Shown here: positions 1 through 11,100 of the stretch, in pieces | Layout of the letters: each line of letters starts with the position of its first letter | How positions within the stretch are numbered: the stretch's first letter is position 1 | Assembly (NCBI GenBank): GCA_045047305.1 | Contig: JASFYO010000010.1 | Span: 19,591-83,590, forward strand | Direction: 5' to 3' | From: Planctomycetota bacterium | GTDB taxonomy: Bacteria > Planctomycetota > UBA1135 | Length of the DNA stretch: 64,000 bases | Program-made: the position numbers and the translations under genes | Notes under the pieces: generated by a model | Databases searched by the model: none | Told to the model about the DNA's origin: nothing | What the model saw: the letters and a program-made list of their open reading frames with translations, nothing else

Positions 1-111
1 TCAAGGATGTTCAATTGCACGTTGCACCTGCGCGAGGCCCCTTAGCGCGTAAGCTGCCCATGTAATTCCAACAGCGGAGCGGCATTTACCCGGCATTCTT
101 AAGTCTCATGA

Positions 112-800
112 ATGCGCAGTATTTATTTTCGCCTAGCTCCCCATTACGCCATTTTTCCAAACTTGGGGTGGCGGCATTCAGTACGCTACTTTGCTATTGA
201 AGAAGATGGGGTCCCGCTGGCAGGAGTTGCAAATCGTAATCACATTCAAAACCAGCGTGGCCCCATTAGCCCGATTACAGAACTTGGTAGCGGTGCATAC
301 TCTTTTGTACTAACCCCAGCAGGAACTGGGGAACACCCCTTGACGGTTCGTTTTGCAGAAGCAAGCTTCCACAGGACTCCGCTTGTCTTAGGTGCTGTAC
401 ACCCGCATTGGGGCCAGCCTATGGCTGTTGAAGGGCTTGTGAATACAGCTGGCTATGAAGACGGGATCTCCGTTTCGGCGGACGGAGAATTTTATTCGTT
501 TGGTACGGCGCGTTTACTTTAGTGACATCGTTTTATTTGGACTGCCCAGGGCAGCCGGCGGATGTCGCGGCAACCGGCTCCTCCCTACCCGATGCTCCCA
601 TCCTTCGCTGGACCACGTCATTGGCCCCGTTGGGGAGCCAAGCCTCGCCAGGCGCAGTCATGGCCGTTATTTATACCTTGTGTATGCGAAAGTAAAAGAC
701 AACCATGATCCCAGTGGTATTCCGGACTTGGACTTCCAAGCGGGTTACGTCCTTGAGAGATTAACCCATAGCGGAGGAACTACCGAAGTATCTCTTGTAA
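112..800 (+). pseudogene. Frameshifted remnant of a secreted protein (Ig-like segment followed by a PD40/TolB-like propeller motif)
   Basis: ORF 112-522 reads like real protein (ITELGSGAYSFVLTP; WGQPMAVEGLVNTAGYEDGISVSADG). Plausible coding continues in another frame in ORF 455-1033 (DIVLFGLPRAAGGC...; YLYLVYAK...DLDFQAGYVLE). No credible start. End coordinate approximate. Confidence 0.45.
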
Positions 801-1029
801 AGGCGTCCTCATGCATTTCCTCACGCCGCTACTTTTATTCATTCTTGCTGCGCCCAAGGCGACAGCACCGTGGTGGCATTCCACCTGCCTATCCAATTCG
901 AACAAGCCTTAGAAACCGCGCACTCGGAGCATCGGTCCTACTCATCAAGGGTGCGGTCTTCGGCATCAATCAAGCCAGAGCCCAATGCGCTACCAAGGGA
1001 CATTGGAGCCCCATTTGCAAAATGGCAAA

Positions 1030-1485
1030 CTAAGTCTGGACGCAAAACCCAGCCTGCTCCAGTTTTTCTTTTAAAGAAATCATGAATGCCGTATGCCGCT
1101 GTGAATCGAACTGTTCTGCAGCATCCCAATCATGCAACCAAATGGGTTCCGTGCGCACCTCTTCGGCCTCAGTCGTATACCGCGGAAACAAGTGCGCATG
1201 AAGTGCGGGTTCGATGTTACCAAGCATTTCATAATTGATGCGCAACGCCATAGTAAGCTCCAAAATGGCATCACCCACAGCTGTCATTTCGTAGAGGAAG
1301 CACTCACGCGCGTCTCGATCAAGTGCATTGAGGTGCGGCACCACTGGGTCTGGCAACAACAGGCAATAGCCCGGAACAATTTGAGGATCGCCAAGGATGA
1401 CCCACCCAGACGATAACTTGCAAATCGCGCGCTCGAAAGCACCCACTTGGCACTCACGAACCTGCTGATGTATAGCAGTTGGCAT
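1030..1485 (-). CDS. HIT-family nucleotide hydrolase
   Basis: PGYCLLLP, VPHLNAL and INYEMLGNIEPALHAHLFPRY histidine-triad-like motif. Confidence 0.85.
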   Translation of the reverse strand: MPTAIHQQVRECQVGAFERAICKLSSGWVILGDPQIVPGYCLLLPDPVVPHLNALDRDARECFLYEMTAVGDAILELTMALRINYEMLGNIEPALHAHLFPRYTTEAEEVRTEPIWLHDWDAAEQFDSQRHTAFMISLKEKLEQAGFCVQT

Positions 1486-1490
1486 AAAGC

Positions 1491-2192
1491 CTAGCTAAAA
1501 ACGTTGTAACGCACGATGTGCCACAAAGCAGCCACACCATCTTTCCATCCGATCTTTTTACCCTCGGCATAATCACGCCCGTAGTAACTAATCGGTACCT
1601 CGTATATACGCACGCGTTTCCCATTCAAACGCTTACGGGCAATCTTTGCAGTAATTTCAGGCTCAAATCCAAAACGATTAGACTTGGTTTCAATGCCCTC
1701 CAAAACCTCTGCCTTGAACACTTTGTAACAAGTCTCCATGTCGGTGAGGTTCAAGTTAGTGAACATGTTCGACGCTAAAGTGAGAAAGTTGTTCGCCATT
1801 TGGTGCCAGAACAAGTGCACCCGCGACATGCGCGATCCTTTGAAACGGGAACCATAAACCACATCTGCCAAGCCTTTCTTAATCGGCTCCAGGAGAATTG
1901 AGTATTCACCGGGATCGTATTCCAGGTCGGCATCTTGCACCAGCACCACATCGCCGGTGACGTGCTTGAAGCCGGTACGCAGGGCTGCACCTTTACCTTG
2001 GTTTACCGAGTGGTAATGAATGGAAAGATCTTCATCGCCCTCGAGGTCCTTCAAAATGGCGCGAGTGCCATCTTGGGAACAATCGTCGACCAAAATGATT
2101 TCCTTTTCAAACGGGGTAGCACGCACCCGCTCGATGATATCGAGCAGCGTTTCTTCCTCGTTAAAGATGGGGATTACGACGGAGAGTTTCAC
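1491..2192 (-). CDS. GT2 glycosyltransferase, DPM1/polyprenol-phosphate glycosyltransferase-like
   Basis: [59 protein letters not shown]. Confidence 0.93.
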   Translation of the reverse strand: MKLSVVIPIFNEEETLLDIIERVRATPFEKEIILVDDCSQDGTRAILKDLEGDEDLSIHYHSVNQGKGAALRTGFKHVTGDVVLVQDADLEYDPGEYSILLEPIKKGLADVVYGSRFKGSRMSRVHLFWHQMANNFLTLASNMFTNLNLTDMETCYKVFKAEVLEGIETKSNRFGFEPEITAKIARKRLNGKRVRIYEVPISYYGRDYAEGKKIGWKDGVAALWHIVRYNVFS

Positions 2193-2195
2193 GGT

Positions 2196-4121
2196 TTACT
2201 TCTGAGAGACACTGGCGCGGTACATCATGATGGCAACTCCTGTCATGGCAAAAGCTGTCAAAAATGGCGTAAATGCGCCTTCTAGGTCAGGTAAATCGAC
2301 CTGGGCTGCCTTAGGGATGGCAATGAGAACGCCGGCAATTGCTTCACCAGCAATCAACCCGGAGGCTAAGAGTACCCCCTTCTCGTGCCCACGTCCGCGA
2401 CTTTCCGGATTGGCATGCGCGCGACCGGAGAACCAGGCCAACAAGCCGCCGACAAGAATGGCCATACTGAGACCGAGCGGCAAGTACATGCCGACCGCAA
2501 CTGGCATCACGAAGAGGCGGAACTTCGACCGTTTGGGCATCAGGAACAACTGATCGATAACAATGATGATGAGGCCGGCTGTAGCGCCTGCAGCGATGAT
2601 GCCCCATGGCAAATCGGCCTCACCAAAGAAGCCTTGCATAAGGGAGGCGAAAAGCTGCGCTTGCGGCGCTTCGAGTGCATGGCCTTGCAATGCTGGCGGG
2701 AGGTGCACATCGGTGCCAATGCCGTAAGCGTTATGTAAGAGTCCAAGAACTGGTGCCATGACGAAGCTGGCAGTAATTACGCCAATAACTTCCGCCCATT
2801 GTTGGCGATAAGGCGTGGCTCCAATGAGCTGACCAGTTTTCAGATCTTGGCAAACATCGCCAGAAGTGCAAGTTGCACAACACACCACACCGGCCACAGC
2901 CATGGTGGCAAGAATCGCAGTCTCCCCGCTATAGCCGAAGAGGAAAATGACACCCGAAGTCAGGAGCACCGAACAAATGGTCATGCCGCTGACCGGGCTA
3001 TTCGAACTGCCAACCAGCCCAACAATGTAACTAGCGACAGCGACAAAGAAGAAGCTACACACCACCATCAGTGGAGTCGCTAGCGCAGCCAGGCCCATGT
3101 GCCCGGTGACGCGGTAATAAAGGAATAGCACCACCATGCAGGTGGCGGCAATCAGGAACAGCAACCATTTGCGGCTCATATCCTGATCGGTGCGCGGCGG
3201 TGGCGCGGCATCTTCCATGGCCGCACGGTAACCACCAAAGGTTTCACGCACTCCCTGCGCAATGCCTTTACGGATTTGGATAATCGACCAAAGTCCGCCC
3301 ACAATCATGGCGCCAACCCCAAGGAAGCGGACGTCGGCCTTGACCAAACCAAACAATTCGGGCGCATCGAGAGCCACTCCGTAATCGGAAGTCGCAGTTA
3401 AATAGGGTGCTGCAATCAACCAAGAAATCGCGCCACCGACAAAGACCAGCAACGAAATATTGAGGCCGACGATGTATCCCACCGCAATTAAGGCTGGCGA
3501 CGCGGTGAAGCCTCCGAACACACGTGCGCCGAAAATAGTCCAAGCACCAGAAAGGTCAGCAGTCAATAAACGCAGACCGTTAGTCAGGATTTGAATGAAG
3601 GTTCCGACACCCAGAGCGGCGAACACTATCTTCATGCCACTGCCACCCTCTTCACCCGCGCGCAACACTTTCGAACACGCGACACCTTCTGGGTAAATGA
3701 GATCTTTGTCCTCCACAATCATGGGACGGCGCAATGGGATCATAAACAGCACACCCAACATGCCGCCGGTCATCGAAATCAGGGTTGTGGTCCAGAAATC
3801 GAAGTCGCTCCACACCCCAGCAATCACCAAAGCCGGCATGGTAAAGATGATTCCCGCCGCTAAGGACTCCCCTGCCGAAGCGATGGTTTGCACGATGTTG
3901 TTCTCGTGAATCGTGCCACGCTTGAAGACTCCCTTGAGCAATCCCATGGAGATGACAGCGGCCGGAATCGAAGCGCTGACGGTCATGCCCGCGAACAGTC
4001 CAAGATACACATTCGCCAGCGACATACCGAGGCCGACCACAATGCCGAGGCCAATGGCTAGACCAGTGAATTCGGCCGTAGGGATCTTGTCGCGTTGATT
4101 TACGGGGTCCTCAGACTGCAT
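2196..4121 (-). CDS. OPT-family oligopeptide transporter
   Basis: NVYLGLFAGMTVSASIPAAVISM, ENNIVQTIASAGES, YPEGVAC, GSSNSPVSG, QDLKTGQLIGATP; many TM helices. Confidence 0.93.
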   Translation of the reverse strand: MQSEDPVNQRDKIPTAEFTGLAIGLGIVVGLGMSLANVYLGLFAGMTVSASIPAAVISMGLLKGVFKRGTIHENNIVQTIASAGESLAAGIIFTMPALVIAGVWSDFDFWTTTLISMTGGMLGVLFMIPLRRPMIVEDKDLIYPEGVACSKVLRAGEEGGSGMKIVFAALGVGTFIQILTNGLRLLTADLSGAWTIFGARVFGGFTASPALIAVGYIVGLNISLLVFVGGAISWLIAAPYLTATSDYGVALDAPELFGLVKADVRFLGVGAMIVGGLWSIIQIRKGIAQGVRETFGGYRAAMEDAAPPPRTDQDMSRKWLLFLIAATCMVVLFLYYRVTGHMGLAALATPLMVVCSFFFVAVASYIVGLVGSSNSPVSGMTICSVLLTSGVIFLFGYSGETAILATMAVAGVVCCATCTSGDVCQDLKTGQLIGATPYRQQWAEVIGVITASFVMAPVLGLLHNAYGIGTDVHLPPALQGHALEAPQAQLFASLMQGFFGEADLPWGIIAAGATAGLIIIVIDQLFLMPKRSKFRLFVMPVAVGMYLPLGLSMAILVGGLLAWFSGRAHANPESRGRGHEKGVLLASGLIAGEAIAGVLIAIPKAAQVDLPDLEGAFTPFLTAFAMTGVAIMMYRASVSQK

Positions 4122-4127
4122 CTAGGG

Positions 4128-4133
4128 ATTGTA
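4128..4133 (-). promoter_or_regulatory. -10-like element TACAAT 6 nt before the OPT start codon (candidate leaderless promoter)
   Basis: Minus strand reads TACAAT-CCCTAG-ATG; no Shine-Dalgarno. Confidence 0.55.
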
Positions 4134-4179
4134 GAGAATCGAGAGTTATGATGGAGGCCCAGAACCCTGGACCTTAGTC

Positions 4180-5169
4180 ATGCGCCTTTCCTCTCAAATC
4201 CTTCACGCCGCCGCGTTGCTTAGCTGTAGCCTTCTCCTAACCGCCTGCAGGGAAAGCCATGTAAGCCCTCGGAGCCAAATTGAGATCGATTTAGCCCAGG
4301 GACATGCCCCAGCCTTTGATGAGGAACGTGCTTTCACAGACCTTCGCTTTCTTTGTGAAGCAATTGGTCCGCGCAGGATTGGAACCAAGGGATTGGAACG
4401 AACGACAACCTGGCTACAAGAAAATTTAGCGAAACTCAACGGTTGGGATGTGAGCCTAGACTATTTCAAAGCTCAACCACCTGTAGGCGCGCGGCGCAAA
4501 AGTGAGATATCCGGGGTGAATGTTTTAGCCCGACGCGAAGGGACAACTGCAGGCGAGGTTTGGATTTGCAGTCATTACGATACTTACGACTACCCTGGCT
4601 TTATGGGCGCCAATGATGGAGGCAGCTCTACGGTGGTGCTATTAGAACTCGCACGCCAGCTAGCCGGCGAAGGGAAACACAATGGTCAGACAATAGTGCT
4701 TGCTTGGTTTGACGGCGAAGAGCGCTTCCCCCCTATTCCGTGGGATGACTTCACCAACTCGACCTTTGGGAGTCAAAATCTCGCGCAACGAATGTTTGAA
4801 GATGAAAGCATCCGTGCCATTTCAGCACTCATTCTGATTGACATGATTGGCGATTCCAAACTTGGGGTGATCAAGGAGAAATCTTCCGACCCTAAGCTAA
4901 AGCGGATTATGGAATTGACTGCTGGCGCTTTGGACGATCCCAATCTGTTTGTTGGCCAACGGGACATTCAAGATGACCATATTCACTTTCGCAGGCGCAA
5001 TGTCCCTTCCGTTAATCTAATTGACTTCAACTTTGGGCCTGGCAATTCTTATTGGCATACGCGGGAAGACAACATGAAACACGTAAGTGCCAAATCGCTT
5101 GGCCGGATTGGACGTTTGCTACTTGCTGCCCTGCCACTTGTGGAGCGGGAGTTTCATCCGCGGGATTAG
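4180..5169 (+). CDS. M28-family lipoprotein, probable Zn-dependent (mammalian-type) glutaminyl-peptide cyclotransferase
   Basis: Lipobox LLLTA-C; SHYDT, GANDGGSS, FDGEE, DMIG, IQDDHIHF, YWHT motifs. Confidence 0.8.
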   Translation: MRLSSQILHAAALLSCSLLLTACRESHVSPRSQIEIDLAQGHAPAFDEERAFTDLRFLCEAIGPRRIGTKGLERTTTWLQENLAKLNGWDVSLDYFKAQPPVGARRKSEISGVNVLARREGTTAGEVWICSHYDTYDYPGFMGANDGGSSTVVLLELARQLAGEGKHNGQTIVLAWFDGEERFPPIPWDDFTNSTFGSQNLAQRMFEDESIRAISALILIDMIGDSKLGVIKEKSSDPKLKRIMELTAGALDDPNLFVGQRDIQDDHIHFRRRNVPSVNLIDFNFGPGNSYWHTREDNMKHVSAKSLGRIGRLLLAALPLVEREFHPRD

Positions 5170-5397
5170 CCGCCGTCGACGGAGCTGATGAATCCTTAGC
5201 TCAGCTCAACTCTTAATGCGCAGTGAGATGCCCTGGGGATGATGCCGGCACTAGGATCCGGCAACAATCTTGGCGTTGCCCAAATCTCCTGGCGTTACCC
5301 AAATCTCCGTATTCCTAACAAGGAGACAAATGGCTTGTTTCATGCCCCTTGAGGGCCGGTGGAGCAAAGCGGAATCGACCCCACAAGGGAGTACAGA

Positions 5398-5790
5398 AAT
5401 GCGTTTCAGGCGCTCCGCTATTAAAATAATGCTAGAGGGCCTGGTGATAGGTGTCATCACTGGATTTATTGGAGTCGGTGATGGATTCCTAATTATCTCA
5501 GCTTTAGTTTTGCTTGGCAGACTTGCTATGCGCCGCGCAGTTGGAACTAGCTTGTTCAGCATTACGCTAAAGACCTCCTCTGGATTTAGCAAATACTTGA
5601 ATCTCCTCCATGACCAAGGTCTCGAACTCGACTGGGAAATCCTAGGAATTTTCTCTGTACGAGGAATCTTGGGACGCTTCGCAGGAACTGTCATCAGCTC
5701 CAAGCTACTTCAAGACCGTCTGAACAGGCCTTTGCATTCTTCCTATTAAGTTGGCTTTCTAATCGTCGCGTAAACCTGATCCGAGTTGAC
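5398..5790 (+). pseudogene. C-terminal fragment of a TauE/SafE (TSUP) sulfite-exporter-family gene
   Basis: EGLVIGVITGFIGVGDGFLIISALVLLG and AVGTSL motifs are present. The N-terminal half is absent, and the last TM helix (AFAFFLL) lies in a shifted frame near 5728. Confidence 0.7.
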
Positions 5791-5949
5791 CAACTAACGC
5801 GCTGAAACGAACACTCTTTATCCTCACATAAACTTCACAAAAAGATAGGATTTGGCACAAGCGCAGAAGTCAAAAAAAATATAAATTCTCTGAACCAAAC
5901 TTGAGTGAGATCCGTTTCATAGTGCTAATCAGGTCCCCAAACCTTAGAC

Positions 5950-8130
5950 ATGCTCCTCCTAACCGCACTGCTTTCGCCTCTCTTCTTCCCACAAGAGCCA
6001 GCTCCTCAGGAAGCGGAATCCACCGAGGTGCAAACTTCGGAAACGCAACAAAAGCCTTCACTCTATTCCGCCAAGGAAATTGTTGTCATTGCAACTAGGC
6101 TTGCAGAGGATCTTTTTGAGGTCCCTCGTTCGGTCAACATCATTGACGCACAGGACATAAAGGAGCGCACACCACGGACTGCAGCAGAAGCCTTACGCCA
6201 GCAGCCTGGAATCTGGATCCAACGTACTGGGCATTCTGGTGGAGCCCCCATTATTCGCGGTTTTATGGGCAAACGCGTTATCTATATGTTCGATGGCATC
6301 CGTCGCAACACGGCCAGTCTTTTCAACGGCCCAAACGGTTTCTTGGGCACGGTCGACGCCCTCGACATTGACCGGATTGAGGTTCTACGCGGCCCCGGCT
6401 CGGTCCTTTACGGTTCCGATGCGATTGGTGGTGTCATCAACGTGGTCACCAATGAAAAACCTCTCTACACCGATGGTGGCATTTCAACCGGTGGACGCTT
6501 CCATACTCGGTTTGCAAGCGCCGACCATGAAGCCTCCGCCCGCACCGAGGCTTATATTGCTGGCCAGGACGCTTACGCTTTTTTAGGCGCAACACGTCGC
6601 AGTATTGCAGACGTAACTTCCGGGCGCGGAGGTGGCCTTCAAGACCCCAGCTCTTGGCATGAGACCAACTTTGACATCGAAGGTGGATATCGCTTGAGTG
6701 ACAAACAAGACTTACAGATTTTCGCGCAAAGCTATGACCGCCCAGATGGCACTCGCTACGACAAGCCGACACGAGTCACAAGTAACAAACGGAACCTCTA
6801 TGGCCTACGTTATCGTGCCACTGATTTGGCCTTCACCGATCAGGCCACGATGACTGCGTATTACCATCGACAGGAAAAACTAAACGATGATCCAACCCGT
6901 GATTCACTCTCTCTAGACACATCCATGGGGCTCGATCTCCAACTCGAAAACGCCTTAGGCAATGGTGGTTCTCGTCTGGTTTACGGCCTTTCCGCGATTG
7001 CTGACGACGTTCAGAAGAGTAATCCACAAGGCGGTACACGCGACCCCGAAGCCTCTTGGTCGGACGTGGCAGCCTTCGCCCTCACCGAGATGTACGTCAC
7101 TGATACAGTTCGTATCGACGTTGGTGTCCGAGTCGACCGCACGCGCTTGAAGTTTGACAACCTCCCACTCAATGAACTTGACACCCTAGTGCAAGATGCC
7201 ATCAGCAATGGTGAACTTTCTCTTTCTGATCTCGCGCTTGAGAATACGAATACTGCACTAACCGGAGGTATTGGTCTTAGCTGGTTCCTCAACGATGACT
7301 TAGCAGTTTTCACCAACTTAAGCCGAGCATTTCGCGCGCCCAATAAGAGCGACCTATTCAGCTTTGGCCCCTTCACCAATGGCTTTAACGTTCCATCCCC
7401 CAAGGTCGATCCTGAGTCAGCCTGGAGTTACGAACTTGGCATGCGTGGACAGTCTCATGACTCTGCATGGAGCGCGACTGGCTTTTACACCGAACTCGAC
7501 AATGCCATCGTTTCGGAGCCAGGCACTTTTAATGGCGACTCCTTCATTGACCTCGATGGAAACGGAACACTGGATCCGGGCGAAGAAGTTTATGTGAAAA
7601 GGAACTCCACCGACAAGGTTACGGTCCAGGGTGTTGAACTCCAAGGCACCCAATACCTCCCGACTCGCTGGACCCGCTCCTTGTTGAGCCATGGTGTGGT
7701 TTCGGTCTACGGAAATGCCTCTTGGATTGACGGCAAGAATCAAGCTACCGATGGCCCGCCTGACCGTCTCTTCCCGACCAATGCACTACTCGGTGTGCGT
7801 TGGGAAAACTCCCGCAATCCACGGGAACGAACCACTTGGGTTAGTTTTGAATCCTGGATGGTCGATAGCTTTGACGACATTGCGGCTTCCCGTGCTGGCG
7901 ATCCGGCCTTCAAAAATGACCCGCAGGACAGAGGTTCCGGCCTTCTGGCTCCGGGCCCCCGGGTTCCAGGCTTCTCCGTCTTCACCTTGAGGGGTGGAGT
8001 CCAACTCAACCAGCGAGTTTCCTTGACACTCGTTGTCGAAAACCTCGGCGACCGCCTTTACCGCGTAAAAGACTCCCGGATCGACGCACCGGGGATTAAC
8101 TTCGTGGCGGCCGTGGATATCCTTCTCTAA
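5950..8130 (+). CDS. TonB-dependent outer-membrane receptor
   Basis: TonB-box-like EIVVIATR; plug motifs PIIRGF and IDRIEVLRGPGSVLYGSDAIGGVINVVT; AFRAP; C-terminal VENLGDRLYR...APGINF. Confidence 0.95.
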   Translation: MLLLTALLSPLFFPQEPAPQEAESTEVQTSETQQKPSLYSAKEIVVIATRLAEDLFEVPRSVNIIDAQDIKERTPRTAAEALRQQPGIWIQRTGHSGGAPIIRGFMGKRVIYMFDGIRRNTASLFNGPNGFLGTVDALDIDRIEVLRGPGSVLYGSDAIGGVINVVTNEKPLYTDGGISTGGRFHTRFASADHEASARTEAYIAGQDAYAFLGATRRSIADVTSGRGGGLQDPSSWHETNFDIEGGYRLSDKQDLQIFAQSYDRPDGTRYDKPTRVTSNKRNLYGLRYRATDLAFTDQATMTAYYHRQEKLNDDPTRDSLSLDTSMGLDLQLENALGNGGSRLVYGLSAIADDVQKSNPQGGTRDPEASWSDVAAFALTEMYVTDTVRIDVGVRVDRTRLKFDNLPLNELDTLVQDAISNGELSLSDLALENTNTALTGGIGLSWFLNDDLAVFTNLSRAFRAPNKSDLFSFGPFTNGFNVPSPKVDPESAWSYELGMRGQSHDSAWSATGFYTELDNAIVSEPGTFNGDSFIDLDGNGTLDPGEEVYVKRNSTDKVTVQGVELQGTQYLPTRWTRSLLSHGVVSVYGNASWIDGKNQATDGPPDRLFPTNALLGVRWENSRNPRERTTWVSFESWMVDSFDDIAASRAGDPAFKNDPQDRGSGLLAPGPRVPGFSVFTLRGGVQLNQRVSLTLVVENLGDRLYRVKDSRIDAPGINFVAAVDILL

Positions 8131-11100
8131 TGAGAAAGATGGATTTTGCGGGTAGGGTACTTGGGTTGTTCCTACCCGCATTTTTTTTCGGATTGCTCGC
8201 CTCTACCTTGGCGGCACAGGAACCAGATTCTCCATTAACCACCTCTGACGAAAGCCAGCACCATGCTGTTTTTCTCGGAGTCTGGGACCGTGCCCAACCT
8301 TTATTGGATCGAGTGGGCCCGAAGGCAGGTTTCAAGGTCGAATTCCATAACGACCACGACTTAGGACAGCTCAATGTCGAATCTCTCGCCAAGGCAGATC
8401 TCATCTTGGTGCTCAATTTGCGCCCCGAAGAAGCCTCTGCACTGACTCAAGCCTTAAGGGAGCTACGCCGCGCAAGGCCGCAAATACCGATTCTTGCCTT
8501 AGACCAACGCGATTCGCAAAAAGGTTTAGAGAGCAAGTCCTTATTGTCGCGCGACGCCACCTTGCAATCTTATTGGAGGAATGGTGGCAGTGAAAACTAT
8601 CGGCGCATGTTTAGCTACCTGGGCTTCGCCTATCTAAACGACGGCCAAAAACCACTCCCACCAGCAGTCATCCCAGAGAGCGGAATTTGGCATCCTGCTG
8701 CGAGCGATTTATTCACGACTGCGGAATCCTTCCTCGCGTGGCAAAAGAGCCGCCCGAATGCCCCGCAAGGCCCTCACATCACCCTTGCCACGCAACGAAG
8801 CTTTGTATTACTAGAAGATATTAAAGTGCACAAGGCTATGGTGGAAGAACTTGAATCGCGTGGCCTTCAAGTTGCGGTCATGTTCTCTGCCGACCAGAAA
8901 ACTTTTATGGACATGCTGCGGCAATGGAAACCGCAAGTGTTATTAGACGATGGCCACGCATCCCCCATGTTGCTCGCCGGAGCTAAGGAACTTGACATTC
9001 CGCAAATGAAAGTCATTTCCATGCTTCGATCCACCCTTGAAGAATGGCGTGCATCGCCCCTTGGCCTGGAACCGGGCGATGTCGGTTTGCATCTCATTAG
9101 CCAAGAGGTCTATGGCATTGCAGATCCCCAAATCGTAGGTGGAATCGAAGCACACCTTAGTGGATACCGAATCCATCAACCGGAAAAGGAACGCATTGCT
9201 CACATGGTCGACCGCGTTCTTGCATGGCTCGCTTTACGCAGTAAGTCCAATCAAAAAAAACGCATTGCGGTTATTTATTATCACAAATCTCTAGGCGGCG
9301 GCGACTTAACCCGTGGCAGTCCCAGTGGCGCATTCCTCGATGGACCAGAAAGCCTTTACCGTTTCCTTCTCGCCATGCGCGATGCTGGATACAAGGTGGA
9401 CCCGATGCCTAAGAACGCCGAGGAACTCCTCCAGTGGATGCGCCAAAGGGGACGCAACGTGGGCGTTTGGGCAGATGGCGACAAAAAGAAGCTGGTCGAA
9501 GAAGGTGATCCAATCCTTTGGCCGATGGCTTCCTACCGCAAATGGTTCCAAAAGCTACCCGCCAAAACCCAAGAAGAAGTCCTTACCGCTCATGGCTCCC
9601 CGCCTGGCGTGCAAATGGCGTGGCGTGAAAACCAAAAGGACTATTTTATTATCCCACGCATAGATCTGGGTGGAGTCGTTTTACTTCCGCAGCCGGCAAG
9701 AGGGCCTGAGAATGACCCTAAACTCCTGCATGCACGCGATATTCCTCCACCCCATCAGTACCTGGCCACCTATGCGTGGCTGCAAAACGACGCCAAAGTC
9801 GACGCTCTCATTCACTTTGGCACCCACGGTTCCGAATTGCTTCTTCCCCTGCGTGGCTCCGGCTTGGGCCCCACCGATTTTGGTGACCGCATTTTGGGTC
9901 GTCTTCCCAATATCACTCCCTGGATTTTGGACAATGTTGCGGAAGCTACATTAGCCAAACGTCGCGCCTATGCGGTCCTTGTCGATCACCAGGTTCCTGC
10001 TTATGAAGCCTCTGGCCTGTCGCCCGAGCTCCTCCTTTTGCAGGGAGATCTGCAAAAATTTGGCGACATGGAAGATGGCATGGTGCGCAATCGCTACCGC
10101 GACAGCATCCTAGAAACTGCAGCTAAGAATGGTCTTCCCGTCCCTGACCATGCGGAAGATTTCACGGCTGAATCCGCGCGCGAACTCCTAGAGGAAGTTG
10201 AAAATATTCGTGAGCGCGTGGCCCCCATGCACCTTCACATTCTTGGCCAGCCAGCGCAAAGAGATCGCCTCATCGCCATGGCCACAACCATGCTGGGGAC
10301 CGGTTTCCGGCAGGATTATGCGAGTCGCGAAGAAGCCGAAGATGCCGTACGCCATGCCATAGACTCGAATGAGGAATTTCCTGCGGAGAGTTGGCAAGGA
10401 AAGGCGCAAATCTACCAGCAACGTCTCTCCGACACCGATGATGAAATTCTTAATGTCCTGCACGCACTCGATGGTTCCTTTGTGCCACCCGGTCCGGGCA
10501 ATGACCCACTGCGTAATCCCTCTGCGGTCCCCACGGGGCGCAATCTTTACGCCCTAAACCCAGAGGAAATCCCCACCCCTACGGCTTGGGCAATCGGGGT
10601 CGAACTGGGTGACAAATTGCTCGAACGCGGCCCTCTCAAAAAGGTTGCCTTCGATCTCAACGCCTTTGAAACCATGCGCGACTATGGCGTTATGGAGGCT
10701 GAAATCCTCTACCTCATGGGAGTGCGGCCTATTTGGGATGAAAACGGTCTAGCCGCAGAAGTTGAGGTGATTCCGCACGAAGAATTGGGCCGCCCACGGG
10801 TCGACGTATTCATTGCCATTAGTGGCGCGATGCGCGACAACTTCCCTTCCCGTGTGCGCTTGTTTGATCAGGCCGCACGTATGGTTGCCGCTCTAGACGA
10901 GCCAGAAAACGAGGTGCGCATAGCAACCCTAAAACGGGAGCAAGTGCTCCTTGGTGAAGGTTTCGCGCCGATACAAGCCAAGCGTTTATCCGCTGCCCGC
11001 GTATTTGGGCAAAAGCCTGGCGAATATGGAACGCGCATTCTATACATGGTTCCGAAATCTGGTTCCTGGGATTCCAATGAAGAAATTGCCAGTGTTTACA

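Noticed and set aside
5750..5949. Cobalamin riboswitch expected upstream of a TonB receptor-CobN operon
   Set aside because: No AGGGAA...GGTG...CCCGC.ACTGT core or B12 box; the region is AT-rich and poorly structured.
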